Shown one piece after another: positions 1 to 13,239 of a DNA stretch of 64,000 nucleotides. Source of the stretch: Chiloscyllium plagiosum (Eukaryota); NCBI RefSeq assembly GCF_004010195.1, contig NC_057718.1:77500274-77564273 (forward strand). The letters are read 5' to 3'. The number at the start of each line of letters is the position of its first letter. Within the stretch, counting starts at the first letter, position 1. A model generated the notes under the pieces. That model did no database searches and had not been told where the DNA came from. It worked only from the letters and a program-made list of their open reading frames with translations. Position numbers and translations under genes: made by a program.

Positions 1-2140
1 TTTTGCCCTCCTGATTTCCTTCTTAAGTATACTCCTACTTTCTTTATACTCTTCTAAGGATTCACTCGATCTATCCTGTCTATACCTGACATATGCTTCC
101 TTCTTTTTCTTAACCAAACCCTCAATTTCTTTAGTCATCCAGCATTCCCTATACCTACCAGCCTTCCCTTTCACCCTGACAGGAATATACTTTCTCTGGA
201 TTCTTGTTATCTCATTTCTGAAGGCTTCCCATTTTCCAGCTGTCCCTTTACCTGCGAACGTCTGCCTCCAATCTGCTTTCGAAATGTTCTTGCCTAATAT
301 TGTCAAAATTGGGCTTTCTCCAATTTATAACTTCAACTTTTAGATCTGGTTTATCCTTTTCCATCACGATTTTAAAACAAATAGAATTATGGTTGCTGAC
401 CCCAAAGTGCCCACCCACTGACACCTCAGTCACCTGCCCTGCCTTATTTCCCAAGAGTAGGTCAAGTTTTGCACCTCCTCTAGTAGGTACATCCACATAC
501 TGAATCAGAAAATTGTCTTGTACACACTTAAGAAATTCCTCTCCATCTAACACCTTTAACACTATGGCAGTTCCAGTCGATGTTTGGAAAGTTAAAATCC
601 TCTACCATAACCACCCTATTATTCTTACAGATAGCTGAGATCTCCTTACAAGTTTGTTTCCCAATTTCCCTCTGACTATTGGGGGGTCTATAACACAATA
701 AGGTGATCATCCTTTTCTTATTTCTCAGTTTTACCCAAATAACTTCCTGGATGTATTTCCGGGAATATCCTCCCTCAGCACAGCTGTAATGCTATCCCTT
801 ATCAAAAATGCCACTCCCCCTCCTCTCTTGCCTCCCTTTCTATCCTTCCTGTAGCATTTGTATCCTGTAACATTAAGCTGCCAGTCCTGCCCATCCCTGA
901 GCCATGTTTCCATAATTGCTATGATATCCCAGACCCATGTTCCTAACCATGCCTGAGTTCATCTGCCTTCCCTGTTAGGCCCCTTGCATTGAAATAAATG
1001 CAGTTTAATTTATTAGTCCTACCTTGTCCCTGCCTGCCCTGACTGTTTGTCCCACTTCTGTTTTTTAGCTGTACCCTTATCAGATCGATCTCTTTCCTCA
1101 CGATCTCCCTGGGTCCCACCTCCCCACCTTACTAGTTTAAATCCTCCCAAACACTTCTAGCAAATTTCCCTGCCAGTATATTAGTCTCCTTACAATTTAG
1201 GTGCAATCTGTCCTTCTTGTACAGGTCACTTCTACCTCAAAAGAGATTCCAATGATACAAAAATGTGAATCCTTCTCCCATACACCAGCTCCTCAGCCAT
1301 GAATTCATCTGCTCTATCCTCCTATTCCTGCCTTCACTAGCTCGTAGCACTGGGAGTAATCCAGATATTACTACCCTTGAGGACCTCCTTTTTAAATTTT
1401 TGCCTAACTCTGTAATCTCCCTTCAGAATCTCAACCGTTTCCCTTCCCATGTCGTTGGTTCCATTGTGGACAATGCCCTCCTGCTGGCCCCTCTCCCCTG
1501 TGAGAACATTCTGTACCCTCTCTGAGACATCTTTGATCCTGGCACCAGGAAAACAACACACCATTCTGCTTTTTCTCTGCTGGCCTCAGAAACGTCTGTC
1601 TGTACCTCTGACTACAGAATCCCCTAACACAATTGATCTCTTGGAAGCCGACGTACCCCTCGTTGCATTAGAGCCAGTCTCAATACCAGAAACCTGGTTG
1701 TTCGTGCTACGTTCCCCTGAGAATTCATCACCCCCTACGTTTTCCAAAACGGCATACCTGTTTGAAATGGATATAACCACAAAAGACTCCTGCACTAGCT
1801 GCCTCCCTCTCTTACCCTTCCTGGAGTTAACCTATCTATGTGACTGTATCTGAGACTTTTCCCCCTTCCTATAACTGCCATCCATCACATACTGTTGCTG
1901 TTGCAAATTCCTCATCGTTTCCATCTGTCTCTCTAATCGATCCACTCGATCTGATAAGATTCGCATCCAACAGTGTTTATGGCAGATATAATCCGCAGTA
2001 ACCCTTAAAGTCTCTTTAAACTCCCACATCTGACAAGAAGTACATATCATTGCAAAGGCCATTTTTGCTCCTTCACAATCTACAGACCCAGAAAATAACA
2101 CCGTCTTATTCCTCTACAAGCACTGCCGCAGGTTAAATTA
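1..2140 (-). mobile_element. CR1 LINE, 5' part (ORF1 zinc-finger/coiled-coil + SGNH esterase; ORF2 APE endonuclease), frameshifted, runs off the window
   Basis: Minus-strand ORF pieces MICTSCQMW..YICHKH (Zn finger), SIVLGDSVVRG / VCCFPGARIKDV / IVHNGTND (esterase), ETWLRDGQDWQLN..RKDR..GGGVA and YVDVPTRGGAKLDLLL (APE). Confidence 0.93.
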
Positions 2141-2855
2141 ATAGCTATTTCTTGCTCCGTGTAACCTCAAATACCAGGAGCCTCTTCCTCCCTGTAACCT
2201 CAAGTACCAATTTATCAATTTATGCTTGTCTAACTTTAAAGCCTATTCCTAACTATACATTTTGGAATCTTACTTGTAAATATATATTTATATATTATAT
2301 ATTATAAATTCATTTATTCAATATTTAAAATGTAAAATGCATACAGTTCCCAACTTTGAAATCCACTATAATTACCTGGTTTTAGTCCCTTAATTTAAAT
2401 CCAAAATTAGTTTTCTTAAGTAGTCCTGACCAGTCATTGCTCAATTACAATGCTATAGGTCGTGAAATAACTGGAGCTGCCTTCAAAGGATTTGTCTATT
2501 CAAGTTAAAAAAAACTTCTAATGCATGAATAATTGCCAAATCCAAAGTCACAGACATTAACCGTAGGATTTTATTTGAGGATTTATTGCAATCTAATGTT
2601 GAACTGAAATTTCAACTGTCCTCCATAAATCGCTTTTATATAAGGATAAAAGAGATTAGTTAGAAACTGATAGTAAGGCAGTCATGACCTGTAGAAAGGA
2701 GTTAAACATTTTATTTGATAATCACTGTAAAATCCTTTACCTTAAAAGAAATCATGTTAAATTTCCATAACAGAAATCAGATTCAAAACAGTCCTGGATC
2801 TCAAGCTCCAGGGAACAAAGCACAAACATTCAATCACCAACAAACAAATGTGCAT

Positions 2856-3413
2856 TCAAACCGAATCACAAAGGTTTAAACTTGCTATTAGATGTACAGC
2901 TCTTTTCCCTCTCTCTCTCTCTCTCTCACATGCACACACACCATATCTCACAGACACTTTCTGAGCTTCCCGCAACAACTCCTCGAGAGGCTTCTCGCTC
3001 CACCCCTCTATCTTTTGAATCTTTTTCTGGATGTCTGGCCATGGTTTAGTTACAAAGTGTACCCTCAGTAGCCCTTCAGCTACGAGCCGTTCCAACACAA
3101 AGCATAATCTGATACCTCCTGACTGAGGCTGTTTTCCGTTGACACATAAATTCAAATATTTACAAACATAGTCTTCGTCCGATTCGTACTTTGGCCAGTA
3201 GAGGGTGGGACGAAGAATGGATTCCTTCGTCCATACAAAGCAACAATATTTAATCATCTTTTTCCTATCTTTTTCCCTTGTACAAGTATTATTTTTCCAA
3301 TTCCACAACATCCTGCCCAACGGACTTTCTGGAGGTATGTTGTCAGGGACCCGCCTCCATTTCCATTTCCTTTTTTTCACGGGGGCTTTTTCTTTACCCT
3401 CTGCATAGCCCAT
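2856..3413 (-). pseudogene. gag: Internally deleted retroviral Gag (MA fused to capsid C-terminal domain)
   Basis: MG start; PDNIPPESPLGRML..W..KKMIKYCCFVW..WPKY (MA) followed by HFVTKPWPDIQKKIQKIEGW..LLREAQKV (CA-CTD). Confidence 0.8.
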
Positions 3414-3693
3414 ATTGAGTTCCTTCGTTCGTCCCTTACCACCAAGGCAGTACTTAAAAGTCAATATTCCATCCTTGGTCCGTGCATGGAGTTGCCTGGC
3501 TCAATGTCTCCCTGTGCCTACTTAAATTCCCTATTTCACAACCTTTTCGCCTGGTTCAGATAGACTCTCATCGGATCTCGATCAGTCAACCAGAAGGGGG
3601 AACCCACTACCGAGGAACACGGGACTGTTCTAAAAGGAACAGGATGCGTCTTCCCAGCTGTCAACGGTGCCTACCCCACTGGTGATGATGGAC

Positions 3694-3711
3694 ATCCCAG
3701 ACGAGCCCCAA
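3694..3711 (-). promoter_or_regulatory. Primer-binding site, tRNA-Pro
   Basis: TTGGGGCTCGTCTGGGAT versus canonical TGGGGGCTCGTCCGGGAT. Confidence 0.9.
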
Positions 3712-3714
3712 AAT

Positions 3715-4292
3715 TGTGAGAAACAAGGCTCACGTAGCAATGAATTTCAATCCGAGTCAAATTCTGAAGCAGCGAATTTCATTGAAATGTACTTGCAAGA
3801 CGGGTGTCTAACAAGTAGGCACCCCGATCTGAGGGTTATATTCTGATTTATGCAGTTCAGCTGCGTCTCTCGGTCCTCCCCTTTTACCCCATAGGTTACT
3901 TTTGTGTAGCACGTAGCCTATCACAAGCTCTAGCTTCACTCTGCCTTTGTCTAGCTTTACTCTGCCTCTGTTTACTTCTCCCACTACTCTCAGCCTGTCG
4001 CCCCTTACTCTTATTTATCTCATTCCTTATATTTGACTATCCTGGCATAGTTTGCTATCTTTGTGCGATCATCCTGCCAAACTAAATTCTGTCCGTTGGC
4101 CTTATCCCTCCTGCGACTAGTACACTATTCTCCTGTTACTGGTAAATCCTGCTCCATAGTTGCTATGCCCTATTAGTCATAGATAATTCTACATGTTTTT
4201 GTTTCTCACTGCAGCCTAATTTTATCATGCAAGCTTTTGCAGAAACAACACCTGTTCCCTTATTCTGCACAATTTTAACCCTGTACCTTACA
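3715..4292 (-). repeat. ERV 5' LTR (578 bp)
   Basis: Minus strand starts TGTAAGG (4292) and ends CTCACA (3715) directly before the PBS; 21-bp tandem repeat at 3929-3970. Confidence 0.8.
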
Positions 4293-5521
4293 ATCCTGTT
4301 GAGATCTTCCCATGTATTGGATGGGCTGAAGGGCTAAAATTGTTGAAAATAAGAACAGGAGTGTCAGTTATCCAGTACACTCTGTGAGCTGGCTCTGAGG
4401 GAGCTGGACCAGTGTGGGAAGGACTCTCCTCTTGATTGCTTCAGGAGAAGGGGGAACTGATTCTGGGACTGGCTGGCCCACAGCCAGAAAGAAAAAAAAA
4501 ACTCTAGGGACCCCTCCAATTCTATTTTGATTTAATCCCTGCCCTCCCCTTCACTGTTTGATCACACAGCATTGCCCTTTGATGTGAAGGGCACTCCTTG
4601 TCACTGGCCACTCTGGTGTTTACTTTCTTCCTGGTGGTGGAAATTTGAATAAAGATTCGTGCACCTTGTGTCTTTCACTGTGTCTCACACCTGCACACGC
4701 ACACCATGGGTGCTGGGGAGAAAATAATCACTATTGCAGTTAGGCGGTAGTGTGGGGCTTTAGAAAAAAAAACAATAAAAAAGAAAAACAAAGCAGGAGA
4801 TCGTTAGTCATGTCAGTTTGTAGGGTTTTGTGTTCTGCTTGCGAGATATGGTGAACTATGGCATCTGCAAGAAGTGTACTCAGCTTCAGCTATTCACTGA
4901 ACAAATGGATCAACTTGACTGGCAGTTGGAGACATTAAGGAACACACAAATGGTGGAGTGTGTCATAGATAGAAATTATTAGAAATGTGGTCATACCAAG
5001 GTACAGGAAGATAGCTGGATGTCTGTAAGATAAGTTAGGCAGTCAGTGCAGGTGTCCCCTGTTGCTATCCGTCTTTCAAACAAGCATTCCATTATGGATA
5101 CTGATGAGGGGATGGCTCACCAGGTGACAGCAGCAGCAGCCAGAGCTGTGGCACCACGGCTGGCCCTGCTGTTCAGAAGAGATGGACAAAGTGTAGTTGA
5201 GCAATAGTAATCGGAGATTCAATAGTCAGGGCATAGGGAGATGGTTCTGTGTCCACATGAGAGAATCCAGGATGGTATGTTGCCCCCCCCCCCTCGGTGC
5301 CAGGGTGATGGATGTCTCTGAGCAGGTACAGGGCACCCTGAAACAGGACAGTACACAGACAGAAATCATTGTCCACATTTGCACAAATGACAAAGGTAGG
5401 AAGATCCTTCAATGATAATATGGGGAGTTAGGTAGTAAATGAAAAAATCAGTGCACATAGTGTAATCCAAGGATTAATACTGTGCCACATGCTACTGAGG
5501 CTAGGAACACAGACTTAGTGC

Positions 5522-5684
5522 CAGAGGATGTGATGGAGGTTGGTACAATTCCAACATTTAAAAAGCATTTGGATATGTATATGAATTGAAAAGGTATAGA
5601 GGGATATGGGACTAGCTTAATTTCGGATATCTGGTTGGCATAGACGAGTTGGACTGAAGGGTCTGTCTTCCATGCTGTACTCTA
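5522..5684 (+). mobile_element. Short CR1 3'-end fragment nested in CR1 ORF1
   Basis: TFKKHLD..EGYG-like C-terminus followed by the gaagggtctg..catgctgtactcta tail; host esterase resumes afterwards. Confidence 0.8.
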
Positions 5685-6015
5685 TAAACACATGGCTGAA
5701 GAGAAGGTGTGTGTGGTATTGGGGATGGGAGAGGGTTGGGGGGGATGCTTCACATATGTGGATCATTGGGATGTCTTACAGGGAGGGAGGGACCTGTACA
5801 AGAAGGACGGTTTGCACCTAAACTGAAGAGGCACCAACAACCTGGCAGGAAGGTTTCAAGGTATCACTTAGGAGGATTTAAACCAGTGTGGCAGAGGGAT
5901 AGAAACTGGAGCGGCAGATCAGTAAGTATAGGGACTGGAGAAAAGCTTGAGGCTAAGGCAAGTATAGCTAAGAGGAAGAGCAGCCAAGGAGAGGTTGCTG
6001 AGCTCAGTGGACTAC

Positions 6016-7220
6016 AAAGGGATCAAATGGGATAATGGGCTGAAAAATGCAGATGGAGTTCACTTTGGATGAATATGAGATATCACAGTTTTAACAGCAG
6101 ATGGGGGCGGGACTTATACAATTGATGGTAAGGCCTTGGGTAGTGTTGAAAAGTGTGGCACTAGAAAAGCACAGCAGGTCAGGCAGCATCTGAGGAGCAG
6201 AAGAATCAATGTCTTGGGCATAAGCCCTTCATCAGGAATGTGGCATGTGAGGAAGGGGGCTGTGAGGTAAATAGGAGAATGGGGGGTGAGGGAAGGTGAG
6301 AGGGTAGCAGGCAAGGCGATATGTGGATGCCTTCCCAGCTACCTTATCCCACCCCCATCCCTCCTATTTATCTCTCAGCCCACATTCCCCCCACTATATT
6401 CCTGATGAAGGGCTTATGCCCAAAATGTCAAATCTCCTGCTCCTCGGATGCTGGCTGACCTGCTGTGCTTTCCCAGTGCCACACTGTTCAACTCTGATCT
6501 CAAGAATCTGCAGTCCTCAATTTCCCCTTGGATTCAGGTACATGATTCTTTACAGTTTGCATCACATTTGGAAAGGGTAGTTAAAAAGACATTTCACACA
6601 CTTGCCTTCATTGCTCAGTTCTTTGAGTATAGGAGTTGGGAAGTCATACTGTGGTTATACAGGACAATGGCGAGGCCTCTCAGGAGTACTGTGTCCAGTT
6701 CTAGTTTCACTGTGATATACAGGATATTATTAAGCTGGAGACTGTTCAGAAAACATATACCAGGGTGTTGCCAGGTATGGGGGATTTGAGTTATAAAGAA
6801 AGGGTGGATAGGCTGGAAATTTTTCACTGGAGCATAGGAAGTTGAGAGGTTTCCTTATAGAGGTTTATAAAATCATGAGGTATAGATATGATGAATGGTA
6901 GAGGACTTTTTTCTAGGATGGATATTTCAAGACTATGACATATTTTTCAGGTGAGAGGAGAGAGATTTTTAAAAAAACACAGGCGCAATTTCTTTCACAC
7001 AGAGTAGTTTGCATGTGGAATGAACTTCCTGAGGAAGTGGTGGATGTGGATACAGTTGCAATGTTTAAAAATCATTTAGGTAAATACATTAATAGGAAAG
7101 GTTTGGAGGGATATGGGCCAGGAAGAGGCAGATGGTACTAGTTTAGTTTGCGATTATGTTCGGCATGGACTGGTTGGGCAGAAGGGTCTGTTTCCATGCT
7201 GCTTGACTCTATGACTCTAT
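6016..7220 (+). mobile_element. 5'-truncated CR1 (RT C-terminus and (GACTCTAT)n tail) nested in CR1
   Basis: RVVCMWNELPEEVVD..FKNHLGKYINRKGLEGYG; tail gactctatgactctat. Confidence 0.88.
6146..6525. mobile_element. Penelope-derived inverted (fold-back) tail element with two degenerate hammerhead motifs
   Basis: Arms at about 6146-6320 and 6330-6525 are reverse complements; CTGATGA-AGGGC-ttat-GCCC-AAAA at 6402-6425 and its mirror at about 6205-6240. Confidence 0.8.
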
Positions 7221-8381
7221 AACTGGAGGTTTAGACTCCATTTGCTTCAATGCAAGAATTATAGCAGGTAAGATGGATGAACTTAGAACCTGGAGTAATG
7301 CATACAATTATGATGTTGTTGCTATTACAGAGACATTGTTGAAAGAGCAACAGGATTGGCAACTTAACATTCCTGGATATCAATGTTTGTGATGAGACAG
7401 AGGAGAAAGCAAAAAAGGTGGGGGATTTAGATTAGTGAGTATATCATAGCTGTGTTGAGAGAGGACACCCTGGAGGGATCTTGTAGTGAGACATAATAGG
7501 TACAGTTCAGGAATAGGAAGGGTGCAGTCACAATGTTGGGATTATACTACAGACCTCCCAGCTGCCAGTGGGAGATTGAAGAAGAGATATAGTCAGATTC
7601 TGAAAAGATGTGAAAATAGCATGGTTGTTGTCATAGGTGACTTTAACTTCCGCCATATTGACTGGGTGTCCCTTAGTGCTAGGGATTGGATGGGAAGCAA
7701 TTTGTTAGGTGTGTCCAGAAGAGTTTATTGAAACAGTTTGTGGATAGTCCAACAAGAGGATGGGGCCATACTGGACCTGGTATTGAGAAATGAACCAGGC
7801 TAGGTGATCAAAGCTTCAGTGGGGGAGCATATTGGGAACAGTGACCATAACTCCATAAATTTTTGGATACTGATAGGTAAGGACGAGTGCACTTTAGATA
7901 TACATTGAAATTCGGGGAAGGCCAACAAGAACCAAATTAGGCAAGAATTGGACAATGTGGATTGGGAGCTGATGTTTGACGGTAAATTCACATCTGACTT
8001 GGGAGTCTTTTTAAAAGTCAAGTTGATTAGAGTACAGGACAGGCATGCAAGTCAGGAAAATGAAAGACAGGAGTAGCAAGATTTGGGAGCCTTGGATTAT
8101 GGGAATGTTTTAGCATAGTCAAAAAAAAAGCATTCCTAAGTTTTCGGCAATGGGCTTGAAGAATATAGAGAAATTAGGGAGGAGCTCAAAGGGGTATAAG
8201 GAGGGCTAAAAGGGGCCATGCAATGTCTTTGGCCTGCAGGGTTAAGGAGAATCCCAAGGCATTTTATACAAGTATTAGGAGCAAGAAGGTAGGTAGGGAA
8301 AGAGTAGGCCCACTCAAGGATAAAGGAGAGAGGTTATGTTGTACCCAGTGGAAATGGGTGAGATGCTTAATGAGTACTTTT

Positions 8382-8497
8382 CTAGGGTTATGTAGGAATG
8401 TACAGATGAGGTTAAAAATCAGGTCAGTCATGATTTTATTGAATGATATAGCAGGCTCGATAGGGTGAGTGGTCTATCCCTGTTCTTTGTTTGATGC
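8382..8497 (+). mobile_element. CR1 3' UTR fragment
   Basis: tcagtcatgattttattgaatgat..agcaggctcga..tggtctatccctgttc resembles the CR1 tails at 11690-11770 and 25100-25185. Confidence 0.65.
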
Positions 8498-8932
8498 TCT
8501 GTCCAGCAGAAGTTGCCTGTTTTCTGTAGTAAAAAAAACTCAGCTTACATTTGAATAAAACCAGTTAATTGCCCTGCAGCAATTGTAGTGAGCTGTGACT
8601 GTTGAAATGAAAAACCAGAGATATTTTACAAGTGAACCAACCACTTTGTGCCTCTTAAAAAAACAGTGGAAGCATGCAGAGAAAGATAATTGAACATGAA
8701 GGATCATATCAACATCCGAAGTAGGAAGTAAGGTCCATTGACCAGACTTACCAGGCATCTCTACCAATAATTTCCCTATTTGTGTGTCTGCATAATGGGA
8801 AGTTTTTAAGGGGATTACAGTTTTAATAATTTGTGTTAAATGCCAAAGGTTGTATCGGTTCACCTATAGCTACAATATAATTGCTTATAAGAAATAATAA
8901 TTCTTATGCAGTACAGAACACTGATTCATAGT

Positions 8933-9023
8933 TGACCCTTAACTGTCCTCTGGGCAGTTAGGGTTGGGCAATAAATTTTGGCCTAACCAGTGACGCCCTC
9001 ATCCTGTGAATGAATTTTAAAAA
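8933..9023 (+). mobile_element. LINE/SINE 3' tail (Deu-SINE/SacSINE1-like end)
   Basis: gggcagttagggttgggcaataaa..ccagtgacgccctcatcctgtgaatgaat+A-run resembles the tail of elasmobranch Deu-SINEs and their partner LINE (from memory). Confidence 0.55.
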
Positions 9024-9029
9024 CTTCAC

Positions 9030-9360
9030 TATCCTATCTACCTGCAACGCCACTTTCAAGGAACTATGAACTTGCACTCCAAGTTCTATTTGTTCAGCAA
9101 CCCTCCCCAGGACCTTACCATTAAATGTAAAAGTCCTGCCCTGATTTGCTTTCCAAAATGTAGCACCTCACATTTATCTAAATTAAAATCTATCTGCCAT
9201 TCCTTGGTCCATTGGCCAATCTTATCAAGATCCCATTGTACTCTAAGGTAACTTTCTTTTCTGTTCACTACACGTCCAATTTTGGTGTCATCTGTGAACT
9301 TACTAATCATATCTCCTATGTTCATATCCAAATCATTTATATAAATGACAAAAAGCAGTT
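9030..9360 (-). mobile_element. CR1 RT internal fragment
   Basis: ISKFTDDTKIG..WQIDFNLDKCEVLHFG. Confidence 0.88.
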
Positions 9361-10169
9361 TAACGAATCTTTTAACAAAAACGTTTAAAAGAGTTTGCTG
9401 AATTGAAATGTTATGTTTAGATGCTATATGGCAAGGTAAGTGTGTTTTAAATGCAGTAAATCATAGGCTCTATTCTTAAAAGATTAAGAACATTTCAGTG
9501 TCTACCATTATAAATCATTACATGTGGTGCTTACTTTCTCTAGTAAATAAAGTCTCTTATGTATTCAACACTATTGAGAATATTAATGGAATACCAGAGC
9601 TCTGCATTTGAGTTTTACATCAAAATAAAGCTCCGACCTCTTGTGAGCGTTTGAAAATAATGAACAGATGTTTGACTTCTTGATTGAAGTTAGGCATTTA
9701 GAACATTTGGTAAAAAAGGCAATAGATGAAAATTCTGTTAGGTAACTTCAAGTACCACATTGTGGACATATTCAGAACTGTGGGCAATGTTTATTCAAAT
9801 AACTCAATGGGATTTCATTGTAAATTCATGTGCGATGCCTGAATCCCAGTCATGGTTTAGTTTAGCAGAGGCTGGTGACTATGTGTTTGTTTGCTTGATC
9901 ATTTTATGAGCAGCTAATAAAGTTAAATGTTTTAAAGCCATTTTTGAAGGACTCATAATTTTGACAAATTATTGAGTTCTTGAAAGGAGAATGTTTATTT
10001 CAAAAGGAATTTCAGTGGTTGTGTTTGATTGCCAGTTTTATGAACTTAAAAGTGGAGCAAATGATTGAGAGTTTCCATTTTGTATGAGCATTTCAAACTT
10101 TTTCCAGTGTTATTATAGGGCTCATGAATTCTAGTTGAATAATAATGCAAATTGAATGGTAACGGAAAG

Positions 10170-11775
10170 GCATCAGTCTTTGCAGTAGAAGACACTAATA
10201 GCGTTTCAAAATTATTAAATAATCAAGAGATAGATTGAGAAGAAATAGATACAATAACTATGACTAAAGAAAAAGTGCAAGGGAAGTTAATGGGATTAAA
10301 GATTAAGTCTTCTGGACCTGTTGGTTTGCACCCTATATATTAAAGAAAGTCATGACAGTGATAGGAAATGTACTGGTAGGGGCATCTTTTAGGAAATCTT
10401 AGATTCTGCAAAAGTCCCAGGGGATTAGAAAATTCCCAATGGAACGTGGTTGGTTAAGAAGGGAAGGAGAAGAGCGTAAGTAACAACAGGTCAGTTAGTT
10501 TCATGTGTCTTATTGAGGAAATGTTAAGAGTCTATATAACAGAGCATTTAGAAATACATAATATTACCCAGCAGAGTCAGTATGGTTTCATGAAGAGGAA
10601 ATGATGCCTGAAAAATTTACTACAATTCTTTCAAGAGCTAAGAAGCTTGGCTTTTAAAGGTGAAACAGTAGAAATAATGTATTTGGAATTTCAGAAGGCA
10701 TTTATTGAGGCAACGCATATTAGGCTACTCAATAAGATAAGAGACGGTCATGTTAGAAGCAATATGTTAATATGAATAGAGGAATTGGTTAACTAATAGC
10801 AGCTAAAAAGTAGGGATACTGGGGAACTTTCTTAGGTTGACAACTTGTAACTAGTCAAGTGTCACAGGAATCCGTGCTGGGCCATAATTATTTACACTAT
10901 TAATGAATTGGATGAAGAAAGTAAACATACTAAAGCTAGATTTGTGGATGACACTGGAATAGGTGGGATAGCAAGTGCTAAGAATGACACAAAGAAACTT
11001 TTAAGACAAAAATTTGGCAGATGAACTATAATGCAGGAAATTGTGAGGTTATTCACATTGGCAGGAGGGGTAGACAAAGCTAAATATTATTTAAAAGAAG
11101 AAAGAATGTAGAAAGCTACAAAATGGAGGGATTTGGAATTCATGAATTACAAAAGGCTAGCATCTAAATTCAGGCAATTCTCAAAGTAATGGAATGTTGA
11201 CCTTTATTTGAAAGGCAATGGAGTATAAAAGTCAGGAGGTTTTATTAAAACAGGACAAAGTAATAGTCAGACCACAGCTCTAATACTGTGAACAGGTTTG
11301 GACCATGTACCTGAGGAAAGATGTATTGGCATTGGAGGGAGTCCAGAGAAGGTGTTTACTAGGCCGACCCAAAATATGGAATGGCTGTTTTATGAGGAGA
11401 GGTTGAATAGTTTGGGCTTGTACTCTTTGGAATTTCAAAGAATGAGAGGTGACCTTATTGAAACATACAAGGTTCTTAGGGGATTTGACAGGGTGGATAT
11501 ATAAAGGTTGTTTCCCTTGTGGGAGACTCCAGGACCAGAGGGCATAATCTCAGTATAAGGGACTGCATATTTAAGAAGAATTTCTTCTCTCAGAGGATAG
11601 TGAGACTGTGGAATTCTTTCTCACAGAGGACTGCAAAGGCTGGCCTATTAAGTATATTTAAGACTGAGATAGTATGGAGGTGAGGGTTATCAGATCTGCC
11701 ATGATCTTCTTAAGTGGTAGAGCTGACTCAATGGGCTAAAGGCCTTACTTCTGCTCATATATTTTATGGGCTTAT
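10170..11775 (+). mobile_element. Old, heavily decayed CR1 ORF2 3' half
   Basis: KSxGP, SQYGF, QESVLGP, FVDD, YEERLNSLGLYSLEFQRMRGDLIETYK and a CR1-type 3' UTR. Confidence 0.85.
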
Positions 11776-12799
11776 TTCTGACTGTTCCAGTTATTGCTGG
11801 GAACAGGCTGAGGGCAGGGCTTGAATGACACAAGTAAGAAACATGAACTTAGCAGTGTCATTTCAAATTAATTTTGTTGTCACAATGGACCCCATATTCG
11901 AAGAGCCTTAACCTGAAGCGTGAGTGCCTCTGAAGATTATAAATTCCTAGTTCTTCATGTATGAAAGAAAAACAAGCTGATCTATCGCTTCATGTTAATA
12001 AATATCCTCTGCTGGACTGCTTTGATTTACAGGCCTTCTGATATAGGTTCTAATAAAAACATTAATCATCTGTTCCTGCAGTTTCAAAGTAGATACTTTT
12101 AACATTTCCCAAGCTCTATTATTACTGCTGAGATCATTGTATACTTGGCTAACCTTCAAGTTACAAAACATTTTTCTTCGCTGGAGAGGGCTGTGTCATA
12201 ATTTTATTGACAGTTTAAAGAACTCTAAAGGATTCGTTTTTTCTTATGTGGTTACTGAATAAAATTTTTATTACAGCTTGACCACTTGAGGGGATTTAAA
12301 ATATTTGAATGGATTTCATGAATGGGAGTTTAATATTAGTATCAAATGTATGAATGAGAGCCTAATTAGATTGTTAGAAGTGTATTTTTGTAGCTCCATG
12401 TTCCTCATGAGATCTGTCTATAATGGATGCTGAGTGAGTAGCCATGAAGGTGACGTGATGATAAGAGATGCATCAAGGTATGAGGTGACATGGGGGCACA
12501 GGAATTGGCATTGAGGTGGTATGAATGGGGTAGGAAGTGACAAGAGACTGTAGGTTACATGCAGGTGCATGAATTAGCAGGGAGGGAACACAGGGAGTAG
12601 GCAACTTGGAGAACAACTGGACTGAACTGAGGCTTTTTCCACATGCTCAGTGTTTTGTCAGACTATGGCTTTTCACTCCTTCCAGATTTTCGCATATGCC
12701 CAAGCCCTTTTAAATCGTCTCCCGTCGTGACTTCAGGTATTCTGACCTGACAGTGAAGGGAGACAAAGAACTGGACAACCCATACTCAAAGAACCCGTT

Positions 12800-12969
12800 A
12801 CACCTACCTTCGCCCCAGCCCCACCCCAATCCTCCTATTTATCTCTCATTCCCTTCCCACCCACCCCCCTCCCCACACACATTCCTGATGGAGGGCTTGT
12901 GCCTGAAACATTGACTCTCCTGCTGCCCGCCTGATCTGCTGTGTTTTTCCAGTGCCACAATTTTCAACC
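12800..12969 (+). mobile_element. Penelope-derived tail with degenerate hammerhead
   Basis: Same family as 6330-6525; CTGATGG-AGGGC-ttgt-GCCT-GAAACATT at 12885-12912. Confidence 0.75.
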
Positions 12970-13239
12970 ATCAGTTTCTCCTACTGATGTTTATGTCAAG
13001 GAATTGGATCCAATTGCAGGTTTCCTTTCCAAACCCAATTTTGGAGAGCACGGATTTTTTTTGTGGCAGGGAGATTGGTCACTAATTTCCAATCTTCCCT
13101 TCTGCCTGGTGGGGGAGGAGGGGAGCAGGGGGTGGGGGAAAGTCTTAGTGTCTTTCCTCATGGATTTGGACATTTTTGTTGGTCAGAAACATGCTCTCAT
13201 ACCCTTCTAGTAAATCTCCCAAAACTGAACAAAACAAAC

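Larger units (their letters stand above)
2150..4292 (-). mobile_element. Class I (gamma/epsilon-like) endogenous retrovirus remnant: 5' LTR, PBS-Pro, internally deleted gag; 3' part not seen, abuts the CR1
   Basis: LTR TG..CA, tRNA-Pro PBS 3 nt downstream, Gag matrix and capsid-CTD motifs in ORF 2856-3464. Confidence 0.85.
4700..8381 (+). mobile_element. Decayed CR1 LINE (5' UTR, ORF1, APE region) interrupted by two CR1 3' fragments
   Basis: MSVCRVLCSACEIW at 4810, VIGDSIVRG near 5205, APE motifs 7240-7850 (VVIGDFNF; LDLVL..SDHN), VKENPKAFY near 8240. Confidence 0.88.
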
